In this document: positions 11,282 to 22,432 of the stretch, one piece after another | Position numbering within the stretch: the first letter of the stretch is position 1 | Layout of the letters: each line of letters starts with the position of its first letter | From: Escherichia coli | GTDB lineage: Bacteria; Pseudomonadota; Gammaproteobacteria; Enterobacterales; Enterobacteriaceae | Strand: one strand, 5' to 3' | Length of the DNA: 64,000 nt | Assembly: GCF_041886205.1 (NCBI RefSeq) | Contig: NZ_CP169029.1 | The notes under the pieces: generated by a model | What the model saw: only the letters and a program-made list of their open reading frames with translations | What the model was told of the DNA's origin: nothing | The model's database searches: none | Translations under genes and position numbers: made by a program

Positions 11282-12688
11282 TTACAGCCGTTCTTGAATA
11301 AGTTTGCCTAATTGTTTTACCGCCTGTTCTTCACGTTCTCCCCACTGCCACGCGGTATTAAAACGAAAAAAACGTGACCAGTTTTCACCGGTAGAAAACA
11401 TTTTACCCGGCGCAATACTGATATGATGCGTCAGTGCCGCCAGGCTTAATTCGTCGGCATCTAACGGCTCGGGGAGCTCCAGCCAGAGAAAATAACCGCT
11501 GTCATTATGATGAATTTTAACTTCCGCAGGCAGATAACGCAGCAGTGCCTGCCAGGCACGTTGTTTACGTTCCGCAAGCTGGCGACGCAGGCGACGAAGA
11601 TGGGCGTCGTATCGGCGCGTGGAAAGGTAATCCACCAGCGCAAGCTGCATCGGTGAGCTGGTGGAAAGCGTACTCATCAACTGCAAGCGTTGAATTTTAC
11701 GTGCATGTTTTCCGGCGGCGACCCAACCAATACGAAAACCAGGCACCAGACATTTCGAAAACGAAGAGCAATGCAAAACGCCATCGTGGCGATCCCACGC
11801 TTTCGCAGGCAGCGGTTTTTCCCGTCCAAAATAAAGTTCGCTGTAAACGTCATCTTCAATCAGCGTTACGTTGTACTGATTGAGCAACGCCACCAGTTGT
11901 GCTTTTTTTTGCGGCGTTAAGGTAAATCCGAGTGGATTCTGGCTATTAGTCATCAGCCAGCACGCTTTCACCGGATACTCCTGCAACGCCAGTTCCAACG
12001 CCTGAAGATCGATCCCTTCTTTAACATCCGTCGCCACCGATAACGCCTTCAGCCGTAGCCGCTCCAGCGCCTGCAACGCACCGTAGAAACAAGGATTCTC
12101 TACTATCACCCAATCGCCCGGTTCAGTTACCGCTTGCAAACTGAGGTTTAATGCCTCTAACGCCCCGGCAGTAATGACAATTTCATCAGGAGAAATGGTG
12201 ATGCCCTGTAAGGCATAGCGACGAGCAATAGCCTGACGCAGTTCTGCGTTTCCTGGCGGTAAGTTTTCAATCACGCTCATCGCCGTGGCGGTTTTGCTTA
12301 CCTGCGCCAGCGAGCGGTTTAGTTGTTGTAGGGGGAAAAGTCGCGGGTCGGGAAAGGCCGAGGCAAACGGAACTACCGACGGATCGCGACTGGCCTGCAA
12401 CATATCAAAAATATAAGTGTTGATATCGACTGCTTCATCTCGAGTGACTGGAATGACTGGCGCTTTCGGCATTTTTATTGCCTGTGGCGCAACGTAATAA
12501 CCTGACTGCGGTCGTGCGATAATATATCCCTGACTTTCGAGCAACTGATAGGCATGGCTGACAGTCATAAAGCTCATGCCAGAAAGCGCCACCTGGTCAC
12601 GCAACGAAGGCAAACGATCGCCGGGTTGCCAGATACCCGACGCAATCTGCTCGCGTAATTGTTCTGCAAGCTGCTGGTATTTTTTCAT
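11282..12688 (-). CDS. ydcR: MocR-family regulator YdcR (HTH fused to aminotransferase-like domain), 468 aa
   Basis: ORF 11282..12688; N-terminal GntR-type HTH, C-terminal PLP-fold domain. Confidence 0.9.
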   Translation of the reverse strand: MKKYQQLAEQLREQIASGIWQPGDRLPSLRDQVALSGMSFMTVSHAYQLLESQGYIIARPQSGYYVAPQAIKMPKAPVIPVTRDEAVDINTYIFDMLQASRDPSVVPFASAFPDPRLFPLQQLNRSLAQVSKTATAMSVIENLPPGNAELRQAIARRYALQGITISPDEIVITAGALEALNLSLQAVTEPGDWVIVENPCFYGALQALERLRLKALSVATDVKEGIDLQALELALQEYPVKACWLMTNSQNPLGFTLTPQKKAQLVALLNQYNVTLIEDDVYSELYFGREKPLPAKAWDRHDGVLHCSSFSKCLVPGFRIGWVAAGKHARKIQRLQLMSTLSTSSPMQLALVDYLSTRRYDAHLRRLRRQLAERKQRAWQALLRYLPAEVKIHHNDSGYFLWLELPEPLDADELSLAALTHHISIAPGKMFSTGENWSRFFRFNTAWQWGEREEQAVKQLGKLIQERL

Positions 12689-12766
12689 TATCGAATCGTA
12701 ATTATGTGCAGATGATTCGGCAGTCTATATCAGTTGTTAAAAATGACAACTTTTCGTTAACTGTAA

Positions 12767-13183
<417 letters not shown>

Positions 13184-13228
13184 AATTTCGACTGTCTCTC
13201 GCATGTCATTAACCTTTTTAATTGGCGA

Positions 13229-13405
13229 TTAACTCAAACCGAGTTGTTTCAGAATTGCTTTACGCAATGGTTCTTTAATCTCATCGCTAGGGTGACACGG
13301 CATGACACTGCGCCTCCCGTGAAACCTGAGTTTTAAATGGTTGCTGCCATTCGCTACATCGACGCCCTGAGATTCGAGCCAACGTCTGAACTCGCTTTGT
13401 TTCAC
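13229..13405 (-). CDS. hicA: mRNA-interferase toxin HicA, 58 aa, GTG start
   Basis: Manual translation of minus strand: (V)KQSEFRRWLESQGVDVANGSNHLKLRFHGRRSVMPCHPSDEIKEPLRKAILKQLGLS; directly upstream of hicB. Confidence 0.8.
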   Translation of the reverse strand: MKQSEFRRWLESQGVDVANGSNHLKLRFHGRRSVMPCHPSDEIKEPLRKAILKQLGLS

Positions 13406-13437
13406 ATCGCCTCCCTGCCGCTGAGTATATCAACAAA

Positions 13438-13455
13438 GTAAACATTAGTGTTTAC
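13438..13455. promoter_or_regulatory. Palindrome GTAAAC-N6-GTTTAC in hicA/yncJ divergent promoter region; candidate operator
   Basis: Perfect 6-bp inverted arms 33-50 bp upstream of hicA start. Confidence 0.3.
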
Positions 13456-13626
13456 CTCCGTGTGTAATTTGCTCGAAAATAGCACTAAATCGCCGCAACG
13501 GCAGAATGCAATGCAAAATCAGGAAGGAAGATTCCAGAATTTCTTTGCGCTAATTTGCAAAACTGAATAATAACCTCAAGAAACGATCGGCATCATAGCG
13601 GCAAAAGGTAAGAAAAAGGTGGCAGG

Positions 13627-13857
13627 ATGTTTACGAAGGCGTTATCGGTTGTCTTATTAACGTGTGCGCTGTTCTCAGGACAACTCATGGCAGGGCACAA
13701 AGGACATGAATTTGTGTGGGTAAAGAATGTGGATCATCAGCTGCGTCATGAAGCGGACAGCGATGAATTGCGTGCTGTGGCGGAAGAGTCGGCGGAAGGT
13801 TTGCGCGAGCATTTTTACTGGCAAAAATCGCGCAAACCAGAAGCGGGACAACGTTGA
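13627..13857 (+). CDS. yncJ: Small secreted protein YncJ, 76 aa
   Basis: ORF 13627..13857; N-terminal signal peptide. Confidence 0.85.
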   Translation: MFTKALSVVLLTCALFSGQLMAGHKGHEFVWVKNVDHQLRHEADSDELRAVAEESAEGLREHFYWQKSRKPEAGQR

Positions 13858-13867
13858 GTCATTTATT

Positions 13868-13897
13868 GCCGGATGCGGCGTGACGCCTTACCCGGCC
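13868..13897. repeat. REP (repetitive extragenic palindromic) element
   Basis: GCCGGATGCGGCGTGACGCCTTACCCGGCC matches REP consensus; between convergent yncJ and ydcP. Confidence 0.7.
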
Positions 13898-13948
13898 AAC
13901 AATATCATGCAGATTCAATAAGTTGTGAGTAACCAGAAAACTGGCGTT

Positions 13949-15910
13949 TTACCCTTTTCGCTTCGGCAATGTTTTCAGCAGCTCATCCGGACTTACGGAT
14001 GCCACTACGCTTCCCGGTAACGGCATTTTCAGTATGTGATTTTTGATTTTGCCAATGACGTGCATCTCGCATGGGCGGCAATCAAACTTTAGCGTTAATA
14101 CTTCATCGCCGTTAACCAGTTGCATTGGCGTCGCCTTCCAGCTTTTGATATTGCCTTTCGCCTGTTTCGGGCACAGATTAAAGGCAAAGCGCAGACAATG
14201 CTTGGTGATCATCACCGGGACTTCGCCCTTCTCTTCATGTGCCTCATACGCCGCGTCAATCAGCTGCACACCATAGCGATGATAAAATTCACGCGCTTTC
14301 TGGTTGTATACGTTCGCGAGGAAACTCAGATGAGTTTGCGGATAAACCGGCGCAGGATCAGCAACCGGTTTACGGCTGCCCCGCTGGTAACTGGCAAGAC
14401 GTGCAGCATCCAGCATGTCGGCGGCTTCACGGCGAAACTGGTTTAACAGACTGTTTGGTACAAACAGCGCCCCCGGCAAATTAATTTGCACATCGCGGGC
14501 GTAATAGAGGGTTTGCCCCAGTTTTGCCAGACCATCCTTCAGATTGCTCATTGCTTTTTCGGCGTTATTGGCTTCGTCGAACTGCCCATCCAGCGTATGC
14601 GTGATGCTGACCCCCTCTTCACTGGTGAGGGTCAGAATCAATTGTTCCTGCCAACCGCCCAGTTCAATGTCTACCGCCACCCGACGTTCGCTGGAGGTTT
14701 TTGTCAGTGCCTGCTGCCAGTTATGATCAAGATTACGGTTTAGTGGGTGATGCGGACGAATTTTGTGCAAATCTGCTGGCATTTCATTGGGCCAGACGCG
14801 GTACTGATTTTCTCCGGTTTTCTCGACCGTATTGGCACGAAAACCGACGACTTCACGTTTAATCATCACGTTCAGGCCATCACCATTTGCCAGTGGCTCG
14901 GTGACGGCAACATCGAGATGATCTTTCGCCACTTTCAATACTTCACCCACCGGCAGGCCGATAAATTTCGGCGAATCGAACGCGCCAATATCGCCTTTAC
15001 GGGCATTTACAAAATAATCTGTGCTACCACGGTGGAATGTCTTTTCCGTCGATGGAACAAAGAAATGTTCAGTACGACCTGATGAAGCACGCGTCAGATC
15101 GCCACGTTCTTCAATAATGGCATCCAGCATCTGGCGATAATGAGCAGTGATATTCTTCACGTAGCTCATATCTTTGTAACGCCCTTCAATCTTGAAGGAA
15201 CGTACGCCAGCATCAATCAGCGCGCCGAGGTTGGCAGTCTGATCGTTATCTTTCATCGACAGCAGATGTTTTTCATAGGAAACCACCCGCCCCTGATCGT
15301 CTTTCAATGTGTATGGCAAACGGCACGCCTGCGAGCAATCGCCACGGTTGGCGCTACGCCCTGTTTGCGCATGAGAAATGTAGCACTGACCCGAATAGGC
15401 CACGCACAGTGCGCCATGAATAAAGAATTCAATGGTCGCGTCCGTGGCCTGGTGAATCGCGCGGATCTGCTCAAGATTCAGCTCTCGCGCCAGCACAATC
15501 TGCGTGAAGCCAACATCAGAGAGGAACTTCGCTTTTTCTACTGTACGAATGTCGCACTGCGTACTGGCGTGCAGTTCAATCGGCGGAATATCAAGTTCCA
15601 GAATCCCCATATCCTGAACAATCAGCGCATCGACACCGGTCTGGTAGAGGTCAGTAATCAGCCGTTGCGCGGGTTCCAGCTCATCATCATGCAAAATGGT
15701 GTTAAGCGTGACGAAAATTTTTGCACCATAACGATGGGCAAACGGCACCAGCTCGGCAATATCTTTCAGGCTATTACTGGCATTATGACGGGCACCAAAA
15801 CCAGGGCCGCCGATATAAACAGCATCGGCACCGTGCAAAATAGCTTCGCGGGCAATGGCGGCATCGCGTGCCGGGCTTAACAGTTCAAGTCGATGAGAAG
15901 ATACGGTCAC
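13949..15910 (-). CDS. ydcP: U32-family peptidase YdcP (RlhA, 23S rRNA hydroxycytidine synthase), 653 aa, GTG start
   Basis: ORF 13949..15952; GTG at 15910 gives VTVSSHRLELLSPARD start; peptidase U32 sequence. Confidence 0.85.
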   Translation of the reverse strand: MTVSSHRLELLSPARDAAIAREAILHGADAVYIGGPGFGARHNASNSLKDIAELVPFAHRYGAKIFVTLNTILHDDELEPAQRLITDLYQTGVDALIVQDMGILELDIPPIELHASTQCDIRTVEKAKFLSDVGFTQIVLARELNLEQIRAIHQATDATIEFFIHGALCVAYSGQCYISHAQTGRSANRGDCSQACRLPYTLKDDQGRVVSYEKHLLSMKDNDQTANLGALIDAGVRSFKIEGRYKDMSYVKNITAHYRQMLDAIIEERGDLTRASSGRTEHFFVPSTEKTFHRGSTDYFVNARKGDIGAFDSPKFIGLPVGEVLKVAKDHLDVAVTEPLANGDGLNVMIKREVVGFRANTVEKTGENQYRVWPNEMPADLHKIRPHHPLNRNLDHNWQQALTKTSSERRVAVDIELGGWQEQLILTLTSEEGVSITHTLDGQFDEANNAEKAMSNLKDGLAKLGQTLYYARDVQINLPGALFVPNSLLNQFRREAADMLDAARLASYQRGSRKPVADPAPVYPQTHLSFLANVYNQKAREFYHRYGVQLIDAAYEAHEEKGEVPVMITKHCLRFAFNLCPKQAKGNIKSWKATPMQLVNGDEVLTLKFDCRPCEMHVIGKIKNHILKMPLPGSVVASVSPDELLKTLPKRKG

Positions 15911-15982
15911 ATTCTTATCCAGTAGCTGAAAAATGGCGGCTATTTTAGCCACAAGCGCGACGTTGCGAAATAGTTTTCCCGC

Positions 15983-16519
15983 TTAACTGCGCGGGTAATG
16001 GATGAGGGAATGAAAATGTACGATTTGCTCCCTACCATTACGATAGACATGCGTGACGTCTGCAGCAAATCGAGCGCCTTCCCCACAATTAAGGCTCTGC
16101 CATTCACCATCAACGCACAGATCAAGTTGTCCATCAATGACGACGACATGTTCGATTACCCCCTTCTCATGGGGCGTCGATTCGCTTATTGCACCGGGTG
16201 CCATCTGAATCGAGAAGTGTTCAAAGCAGAGTTGTGGATCATAAGGAAACAGCGAAGTGATCACCATCGCCTGCTGTTGTGGATCATAAACTGAAGGCGT
16301 TGCGGACTGCGGCGGAGAAATAAATGTCGAAAATGGCACGTTCAACCCGGTGGCAATTTTCCATAATGTCGCGACCGTCGGGCTGGACTCATTACGCTCA
16401 ATCTGCCCTAACATCGCTTTAGAAACGCCCGTCGCTTCTGCCAATCGCGAAAGACTCCAGCCGCGCTGCTGGCGTAGTTGTTTAAGTGTGGTGGATAAAA
16501 AGCGAGCGAGATTTTCCAT
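15983..16519 (-). CDS. ydcN: XRE-family HTH regulator with cupin domain YdcN, 178 aa
   Basis: ORF 15983..16519; N-terminal HTH. Confidence 0.85.
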   Translation of the reverse strand: MENLARFLSTTLKQLRQQRGWSLSRLAEATGVSKAMLGQIERNESSPTVATLWKIATGLNVPFSTFISPPQSATPSVYDPQQQAMVITSLFPYDPQLCFEHFSIQMAPGAISESTPHEKGVIEHVVVIDGQLDLCVDGEWQSLNCGEGARFAADVTHVYRNGREQIVHFHSLIHYPRS

Positions 16520-16610
16520 GCGACTCCTCCGGCAAAACGGAAGTTTATCACTTGTGCGTTATAACGGACAAATGCTACGGTACCTGTACGCTATAACGCA
16601 CGAGGTGACT

Positions 16611-17783
16611 ATGCGTCTGTTTTCTGTTCCTCCACCCACGCTACTGGCGGGGTTTCTGGCGGTATTAATTGGCTACGCCAGTTCAGCGGCAATAATCTGG
16701 CAAGCAGCGATTGTCGCCGGAGCCACCACTGCGCAAATCTCTGGCTGGATGACGGCGCTGGGGCTGGCAATGGGCGTCAGTACGCTGACTCTGACATTAT
16801 GGTATCGCGTACCTGTTCTCACCGCATGGTCAACGCCTGGCGCGGCTTTGTTGGTCACCGGATTGCAGGGACTAACACTTAACGAAGCCATCGGCGTTTT
16901 TATTGTCACCAACGCGTTAATAGTCCTCTGCGGCATAACGGGACTCTTTGCTCGTCTGATGCGCATTATTCCGCACTCGCTTGCGGCGGCAATGCTTGCC
17001 GGGATTTTATTACGCTTTGGTTTACAGGCGTTTGCCAGTCTGGATGGTCAATTTACGTTGTGTGGCAGTATGTTGCTGGTATGGCTGGCAACCAAGGCCG
17101 TTGCGCCGCGCTATGCGGTAATTGCCGCGATGATTATTGGGATCGTGATCGTCATCGCGCAAGGTGACGTTGTCACAAATGATGTTGTCTTTAAACCCGT
17201 TCTCCCCACTTATATTACCCCTGATTTTTCGTTTGCTCACAGCCTGAGCGTTGCACTCCCCCTTTTTCTGGTGACGATGGCATCGCAAAACGCACCGGGT
17301 ATCGCAGCAATGAAAGCAGCCGGATATTCGGCTCCTGTTTCGCCATTAATTGTATTTACTGGATTGCTGGCACTGGTTTTTTCCCCTTTCGGCGTTTATT
17401 CCGTCGGTATTGCGGCAATCACCGCGGCTATTTGCCAAAGCCCGGAAGCGCATCCGGATAAAGATCAACGTTGGCTGGCAGCTGCCGTTGCAGGCATTTT
17501 TTATTTGATCGCAGGTCTGTTTGGTAGTGCTATTACCGGGATGATGGCTGCCCTGCCCGTAAGTTGGATCCAGATGTTGGCAGGTCTGGCGCTGTTAAGT
17601 ACCATTAGCGGCAGTTTGTATCAGGCGCTGCATAATGAGCGTGAGCGAGACGCGGCGGTGGTGGCATTTCTGGTAACGGCAAGTGGATTGACGCTGGTCG
17701 GGATTGGTTCTGCGTTCTGGGGATTAATTGCCGGAGGCGTTTGTTACGTGGTGTTGAATTTAATCGCTGACAGAAACCGATGA
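16611..17783 (+). CDS. ydcO: BenE-family inner-membrane transporter YdcO
   Basis: ORF 16350..17783; first ATG at 16611 (MRLFSVPPPTLLAGF), multi-pass membrane protein. Confidence 0.8.
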   Translation: MRLFSVPPPTLLAGFLAVLIGYASSAAIIWQAAIVAGATTAQISGWMTALGLAMGVSTLTLTLWYRVPVLTAWSTPGAALLVTGLQGLTLNEAIGVFIVTNALIVLCGITGLFARLMRIIPHSLAAAMLAGILLRFGLQAFASLDGQFTLCGSMLLVWLATKAVAPRYAVIAAMIIGIVIVIAQGDVVTNDVVFKPVLPTYITPDFSFAHSLSVALPLFLVTMASQNAPGIAAMKAAGYSAPVSPLIVFTGLLALVFSPFGVYSVGIAAITAAICQSPEAHPDKDQRWLAAAVAGIFYLIAGLFGSAITGMMAALPVSWIQMLAGLALLSTISGSLYQALHNERERDAAVVAFLVTASGLTLVGIGSAFWGLIAGGVCYVVLNLIADRNR

Positions 17784-17809
17784 TAAAAAGCGCCATCTTA
17801 CGATGGCGC
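17781..17809 (-). terminator. Rho-independent terminator for ydcL
   Basis: Hairpin GCGCCATC-gtaa-GATGGCGC followed by UUUUU on the minus-strand transcript. Confidence 0.6.
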
Positions 17810-17817
17810 GGCTGGAA

Positions 17818-18486
17818 TTACTTCTTGTTAACGTCAAACATGGTGGCATCGGTCGCCATGTCATCAATAACTTGTTTAATATTTTCGAAAGCCATTGGCG
17901 TACTTTCGTTATTCAGGTCTTTACCTTCGCCCTGACGAACGACTTTGATAACCGGTTTATTAGTCGCTGCATCAATCAGCTCACCTTCAAAATAGAGGCG
18001 AGTATCCATGGTACGGTGGCCTGTAGCCATTTGCGTCCCCGCAACCACTAATGCAACAGGAACCACTTCATAGAATTGCAGCCCTTCTTTGCTGGTATCT
18101 ACACCGGTAATGGCCCCACGGAAAATCAGACTACGCGGCCCAGCGGTGGTAACCAGTGGTTTACGCTGCGCAATCGCTTCTTTCATTTCGGTGTTGGTAT
18201 AGCTCAAAATTTTATCCAGAACTGTCTGCCCTACCTGGGTAGAAGGTTTTGGTACCGGATAATAAGTGATTGGGTTCCAGACAATGCTGTCATATTTGCT
18301 TTGATCAAAACTCGGGTCTACCCAACGTAAAACAGGTTTACCTGTTGCTGAGGTTGTTTCTTTTAAATCAGAGTAATTGTTTAAAAAACCAGAATATTTA
18401 TCTGGCTGGGTGATTTTAGAGGCACAACCAGACAGAGCCAACAAGCCGCATAAAGCTGCAACTTTCGCAAATGATGTGGTACGCAT
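17818..18486 (-). CDS. ydcL: Lipoprotein YdcL, 222 aa
   Basis: ORF 17818..18486; lipobox LSGC after signal peptide. Confidence 0.85.
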   Translation of the reverse strand: MRTTSFAKVAALCGLLALSGCASKITQPDKYSGFLNNYSDLKETTSATGKPVLRWVDPSFDQSKYDSIVWNPITYYPVPKPSTQVGQTVLDKILSYTNTEMKEAIAQRKPLVTTAGPRSLIFRGAITGVDTSKEGLQFYEVVPVALVVAGTQMATGHRTMDTRLYFEGELIDAATNKPVIKVVRQGEGKDLNNESTPMAFENIKQVIDDMATDATMFDVNKK

Positions 18487-18582
18487 GAATAGTTTCCTGA
18501 GATGATTATATTACTTTTTAAGTTATAGCAAAAAGCGCCGCTTCGTGTTGTGGCAAAAAAAGTGTTGGTGAAAATAAATTTT

Positions 18583-18628
18583 TTAGCCCCTTTTCAGACG
18601 ACATAGTCAATGCCGAAAAAGGGGCTAA
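18583..18628. repeat. Inverted repeat (12-bp arms, 21-nt loop) downstream of tehB; possible terminator
   Basis: TTAGCCCCTTTT ... AAAAGGGGCTAA. Confidence 0.35.
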
Positions 18629-18788
18629 GTCAATCATCAGTAGTTAAATTTCAGTATGTTAAGCTGATAAAAAACTTCGACTACTGTGATTAATTTCACA
18701 TCACTTCGATAAAAAATATGCTTACCGAAAAGAAGAACAGTAAACCATCTCAGCGTGGGGAATTTTCACGCGCTTTGTTCTTACCGGG

Positions 18789-19382
18789 TCATTTTTTACG
18801 TGCCAGCATCGTGGCGAAACGTAGTTTAATACGATTACCGTTGGCGTCGGTGCGGTGCAGCTCGCCGACGTCTTCATTGTATTTCACCCTCTCCCAGCCT
18901 TCGTAATATCGACGTAATTCTCCCTCTTTGAAGGCAAACGGGAAGCCGACAGTACATGGATAATCAGCGGTATCCATCGCCGCCACAATCAGGTTGTAAC
19001 CGCCAGGTTTAGTGCAACGCTGCATATTGGCAATCAGCCCTGGGATGGTTTTAGCCTCAAGGAACATCAGCACCACAGTCGAAAGAATAAAATCGTACTG
19101 TCCATCAAATGTGAGGTTATTCAGATCAACGACTCGGGTGTGTAAATTATCCAGATTTTCAATGGATTTAATGCGCTCTACATTGGCGATACTCATGGCA
19201 TTTTTATCCCATGCGTCAACATCATAACCATTGGCTGCCAGGTAAAGACTGTTACGACCATTGCCACAGCCCAGATCCAGCGTTTTACCCGGTTTAACCA
19301 CTTTCACCGCTTCCAGTACTTCAGAGTGTGTGCGGGTTAATTCATATTTATCAGTAAAATAGTTTTCGTCACGAATGATCAT
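18789..19382 (-). CDS. tehB: Tellurite-resistance SAM-dependent methyltransferase TehB, 197 aa
   Basis: ORF 18789..19382; class I methyltransferase motif [11 protein letters not shown]. Confidence 0.9.
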   Translation of the reverse strand: MIIRDENYFTDKYELTRTHSEVLEAVKVVKPGKTLDLGCGNGRNSLYLAANGYDVDAWDKNAMSIANVERIKSIENLDNLHTRVVDLNNLTFDGQYDFILSTVVLMFLEAKTIPGLIANMQRCTKPGGYNLIVAAMDTADYPCTVGFPFAFKEGELRRYYEGWERVKYNEDVGELHRTDANGNRIKLRFATMLARKK

Positions 19383-20371
19383 TCTTTGTCCTCTGCTTTC
19401 ATTAAAACGGCGCGCTCAGTTCTGACTAACAATTTTCCCTGCATCAGAAGCGCAAAAGTACGGATGAGCAGTATTGCAATAATAAAATTGGTAAAGATAA
19501 ACAGCGGCACCGCCAGCGTATGGAAAAATCCATTATCGCTGCCACTCCCCAGATGCAAACCGGTGGTTGCCAGTGCAGATACGCCGAACGAGAAACTCCA
19601 GAATGAAGCATTAAATGGCTGGGAGAGATACCATGGCATCAGACGTAGCATAAACAGCAGTTGCAGCAGTCCATAACCGAAAAGCATTTTCGCCAGCGTG
19701 TCACCCTCGCCGCCATTGACGCTCAGCCAGGCACTACAGGCCACCAGCGCAGGAGCGAGCTGAATGCCGAGTGATGTCCGCAGTGCCGTGGGTAATTCTC
19801 CCGAACTGCGCAGACGCTGCAAGATCACAGGTTCAAGGCTTAGCCATGAGAAAACGCCTGCGCCTAAAAACACCAGACCGGCGTCGGTGTAGCCCAACGC
19901 ACCACAGGCCATTGCGCTGATAAAGTTGTTGGCAACTGTCGGCAGATACAGTCCAGGCGTGGTAGCTTCTTCAGGGTGAGATCCGCGCCATAATCCCGCA
20001 GTTTGCCAGGCGGCATAAGCCAACTGAACCACGACACCAAAACTGAACAGGCACACCGCCAGTGGGCGAAACCACGGAACAAAACCAATCGCCACCAGCA
20101 TCGTCGTTGCCGGAAACAAACTCACAAAACTGCTCAGCACTGGATGGCGCACTTCCGCCAGCACGCTATGCGGAAAGCGTATGAGTCGGGTAATAAATGC
20201 GCTAGTTAATAATCCCCAGATGATCATCGCCAGAATCACCAGCCCATCCCCTAACCAGTGGCTGACCTGCCAAACCTGGCTGGCATAGCGCCAGGCAAAT
20301 CCCATCCCTATCGTCCCCAACACAATACCAAAGTAGCCTGCCGGCAAATTGAGCACTTTATCGCTCTGCAT
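19379..20371 (-). CDS. tehA: Tellurite-resistance membrane protein TehA, 330 aa
   Basis: ORF 19379..20479; ATG at 20371 ([17 protein letters not shown]); stop overlaps tehB start. Confidence 0.9.
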   Translation of the reverse strand: MQSDKVLNLPAGYFGIVLGTIGMGFAWRYASQVWQVSHWLGDGLVILAMIIWGLLTSAFITRLIRFPHSVLAEVRHPVLSSFVSLFPATTMLVAIGFVPWFRPLAVCLFSFGVVVQLAYAAWQTAGLWRGSHPEEATTPGLYLPTVANNFISAMACGALGYTDAGLVFLGAGVFSWLSLEPVILQRLRSSGELPTALRTSLGIQLAPALVACSAWLSVNGGEGDTLAKMLFGYGLLQLLFMLRLMPWYLSQPFNASFWSFSFGVSALATTGLHLGSGSDNGFFHTLAVPLFIFTNFIIAILLIRTFALLMQGKLLVRTERAVLMKAEDKE

Positions 20372-20494
20372 CTTCTTACTCATTTTGTTTAATTTATAAA
20401 GTATATTTGAAATACATTTTATGGAATTTTCTCGAGCATAGCCAGAGCCGCAGAATTTGCTACGGTTATAGTAAGTCACCTGTGGGAAAACGCT

Positions 20495-21475
20495 ATGCGC
20501 AAATATCGTCTAAGTGAAGAACAGCGAGCCTTTAGTTATCAGGAAGATGGCACTAAAAAAAATGTGTTATTACGGCAGATTATCGCCATTAGCGATTTTA
20601 ACGATGTGATAGCAGGAACCGCTGGCGGCTGGATCGATCGCGAAACGGTGTTAGCACAGGAAGGAAATTGCTGGATTTACGACCAGAATGCTATTGCGTT
20701 CGGCGGAACGGTGATTTCCGGTAATACGCGTATCACCGGCACCAGCGTGCTGTGGGGAGAGGTTTACGCAACGGATAACGTCTGGATCGATAATAGTGAA
20801 ATCAGCCAGAGTGCACATATAAGTGACAGTGTCACCATTCGTGGCTCATTAGTTTGCGGTCAATGTAGAATATTTGGTCACGCCTTAATTGATCAACATT
20901 CTATGATCGTCGCCGCACAAGGCTTAACGCCCGACCATCAACTCCTGCTACAAATTTATGATCGCGCAAGGGTTAGCGCCTCGCGTATTGTCCACCAGGC
21001 ACAAATTTATGGCGATGCCGTCGTCCGGTATGCTTTTATTGAACATCGCGCCGAAGTTTTTGATTTTGCCAGTGTTGAAGGTAATGAAGAGAACAACGTA
21101 TGGCTATGCGATTGCGCTAAAGTCTACGGTCACGCGCAGGTGAAAGCTGGCATAGAAGAAGATGCCATTCCGACGATTCATTACAGTTCGCAGGTGGCGG
21201 AATATGCCATTGTGGAAGGTAATTGTGTGTTAAAACATCATGTCTTGGTTGGCGGAAATGCCGTGGTACGTGGTGGACCGATTCTGCTCGACGAGCACGT
21301 TGTCATACAAGGTGAGAGCCGTATTACAGGTGCGGTGATAATTGAAAACCATGTGGAGTTAACCGACCACGCCGTCGTTGAAGCCTTTGATGGCGACACG
21401 GTTCATGTCCGTGGTCCAAAAGTCATTAACGGCGAGGAGCGCATTACGCGAACGCCGCTGGCAGGGTTATTGTGA
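20495..21475 (+). CDS. ydcK: Uncharacterised left-handed beta-helix protein YdcK, 326 aa
   Basis: ORF 20495..21475; hexapeptide-repeat-like sequence. Confidence 0.85.
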   Translation: MRKYRLSEEQRAFSYQEDGTKKNVLLRQIIAISDFNDVIAGTAGGWIDRETVLAQEGNCWIYDQNAIAFGGTVISGNTRITGTSVLWGEVYATDNVWIDNSEISQSAHISDSVTIRGSLVCGQCRIFGHALIDQHSMIVAAQGLTPDHQLLLQIYDRARVSASRIVHQAQIYGDAVVRYAFIEHRAEVFDFASVEGNEENNVWLCDCAKVYGHAQVKAGIEEDAIPTIHYSSQVAEYAIVEGNCVLKHHVLVGGNAVVRGGPILLDEHVVIQGESRITGAVIIENHVELTDHAVVEAFDGDTVHVRGPKVINGEERITRTPLAGLL

Positions 21476-22006
21476 ATCGATAATACGCGCGTATAAGTTC
21501 ACATCATCATAGGCATCATTCAGGAACTCAGCCTGTTTAAGGCAACCTTCAAGGATAAAACCATTGCGCAAAGCGACCTGATTGCTTTGCGGATTGTCCA
21601 CCCGACATTTGATCACAAAGCGTCTAAGTTCACCAGACTGGGCGTAATGATGAATCAGTGCCTGCAGCGCCTGAGAAATGATCCCCTGCCCCTGATGAGA
21701 TTCGTCCAGCCAGTAGCCGATTTCAGCGGTTTTATTCAGTGGTTCAATTCGATTAAACGAGATAACGCCGATAAGTTCATCTTCTTTGAAAATCATGAAC
21801 ATTTTGGCATAGCCGCGTTGATGCAACATCACATTACCCTGCACCGTTTTTCGCGTGTCCTCTTCACTCTGAACAAACTGCGGCCAGTTTAGCGACTGCT
21901 GTAACCAGGTTTTATTTTTACAGATTAACTGATAAAGAGGAGTGACGTGATTTTCTGCAACAGCATGTAATTCAAGTGATTCACTTACTTTTATCGTTTC
22001 GGTCAT
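21467..22006 (-). CDS. rimL: Ribosomal protein L7/L12 serine acetyltransferase RimL, 179 aa
   Basis: ORF 21467..22021; ATG at 22006 ([14 protein letters not shown]); GNAT fold. Confidence 0.85.
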   Translation of the reverse strand: MTETIKVSESLELHAVAENHVTPLYQLICKNKTWLQQSLNWPQFVQSEEDTRKTVQGNVMLHQRGYAKMFMIFKEDELIGVISFNRIEPLNKTAEIGYWLDESHQGQGIISQALQALIHHYAQSGELRRFVIKCRVDNPQSNQVALRNGFILEGCLKQAEFLNDAYDDVNLYARIIDSQ

Positions 22007-22034
22007 CTTATCTCCAGTCAATCCATGCAGTTGT

Positions 22035-22059
22035 TAAAAAAGCCGCCTGGCTGGCGGCT
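22035..22059 (-). terminator. Rho-independent terminator for ydcH
   Basis: Minus-strand hairpin AGCCGCC-agcc-AGGCGGCT followed by UUUUUU. Confidence 0.6.
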
Positions 22060-22068
22060 TAGGAAAGT

Positions 22069-22293
22069 TTACACCTCTTTGACGCTCTCCTGCTGCAGGA
22101 TTTTGAGCATCTCATCTTTTAACTGTAGCTTTTGTTTTTTCATGCGGACCACTTCCGCATTGTACCCTCGACCGTCGGAACCTTCCTTTCTGGCAATTTC
22201 ATGATCAAGTTTATTGTGTTTATCGAACAAGGACATAAAGCGAGGATTTTCGTTTTTCAGACGGGATATTAAATCTCGGTATTCTGGAAACAT
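22069..22293 (-). CDS. ydcH: Small protein YdcH (DUF465), 74 aa
   Basis: ORF 22069..22299; ATG at 22293 (MFPEYRDLISRL). Confidence 0.8.
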   Translation of the reverse strand: MFPEYRDLISRLKNENPRFMSLFDKHNKLDHEIARKEGSDGRGYNAEVVRMKKQKLQLKDEMLKILQQESVKEV

Positions 22294-22432
22294 ACGCACT
22301 CCCTGTTAGTGGCTGACAAGGTGTATCTGAAATACACACCATCAGATTACTCATTTAACTTAGGGAAAAATGCGAGCGGGATCGTGTTTAACCAGACGGC
22401 ACCTCCCGTAGAAGGTGCCGAAGAAAAAACGA

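Noticed and set aside
15140-15880. 246-aa plus-strand ORF antisense to ydcP
   Set aside because: Shadow ORF within the U32 peptidase gene.
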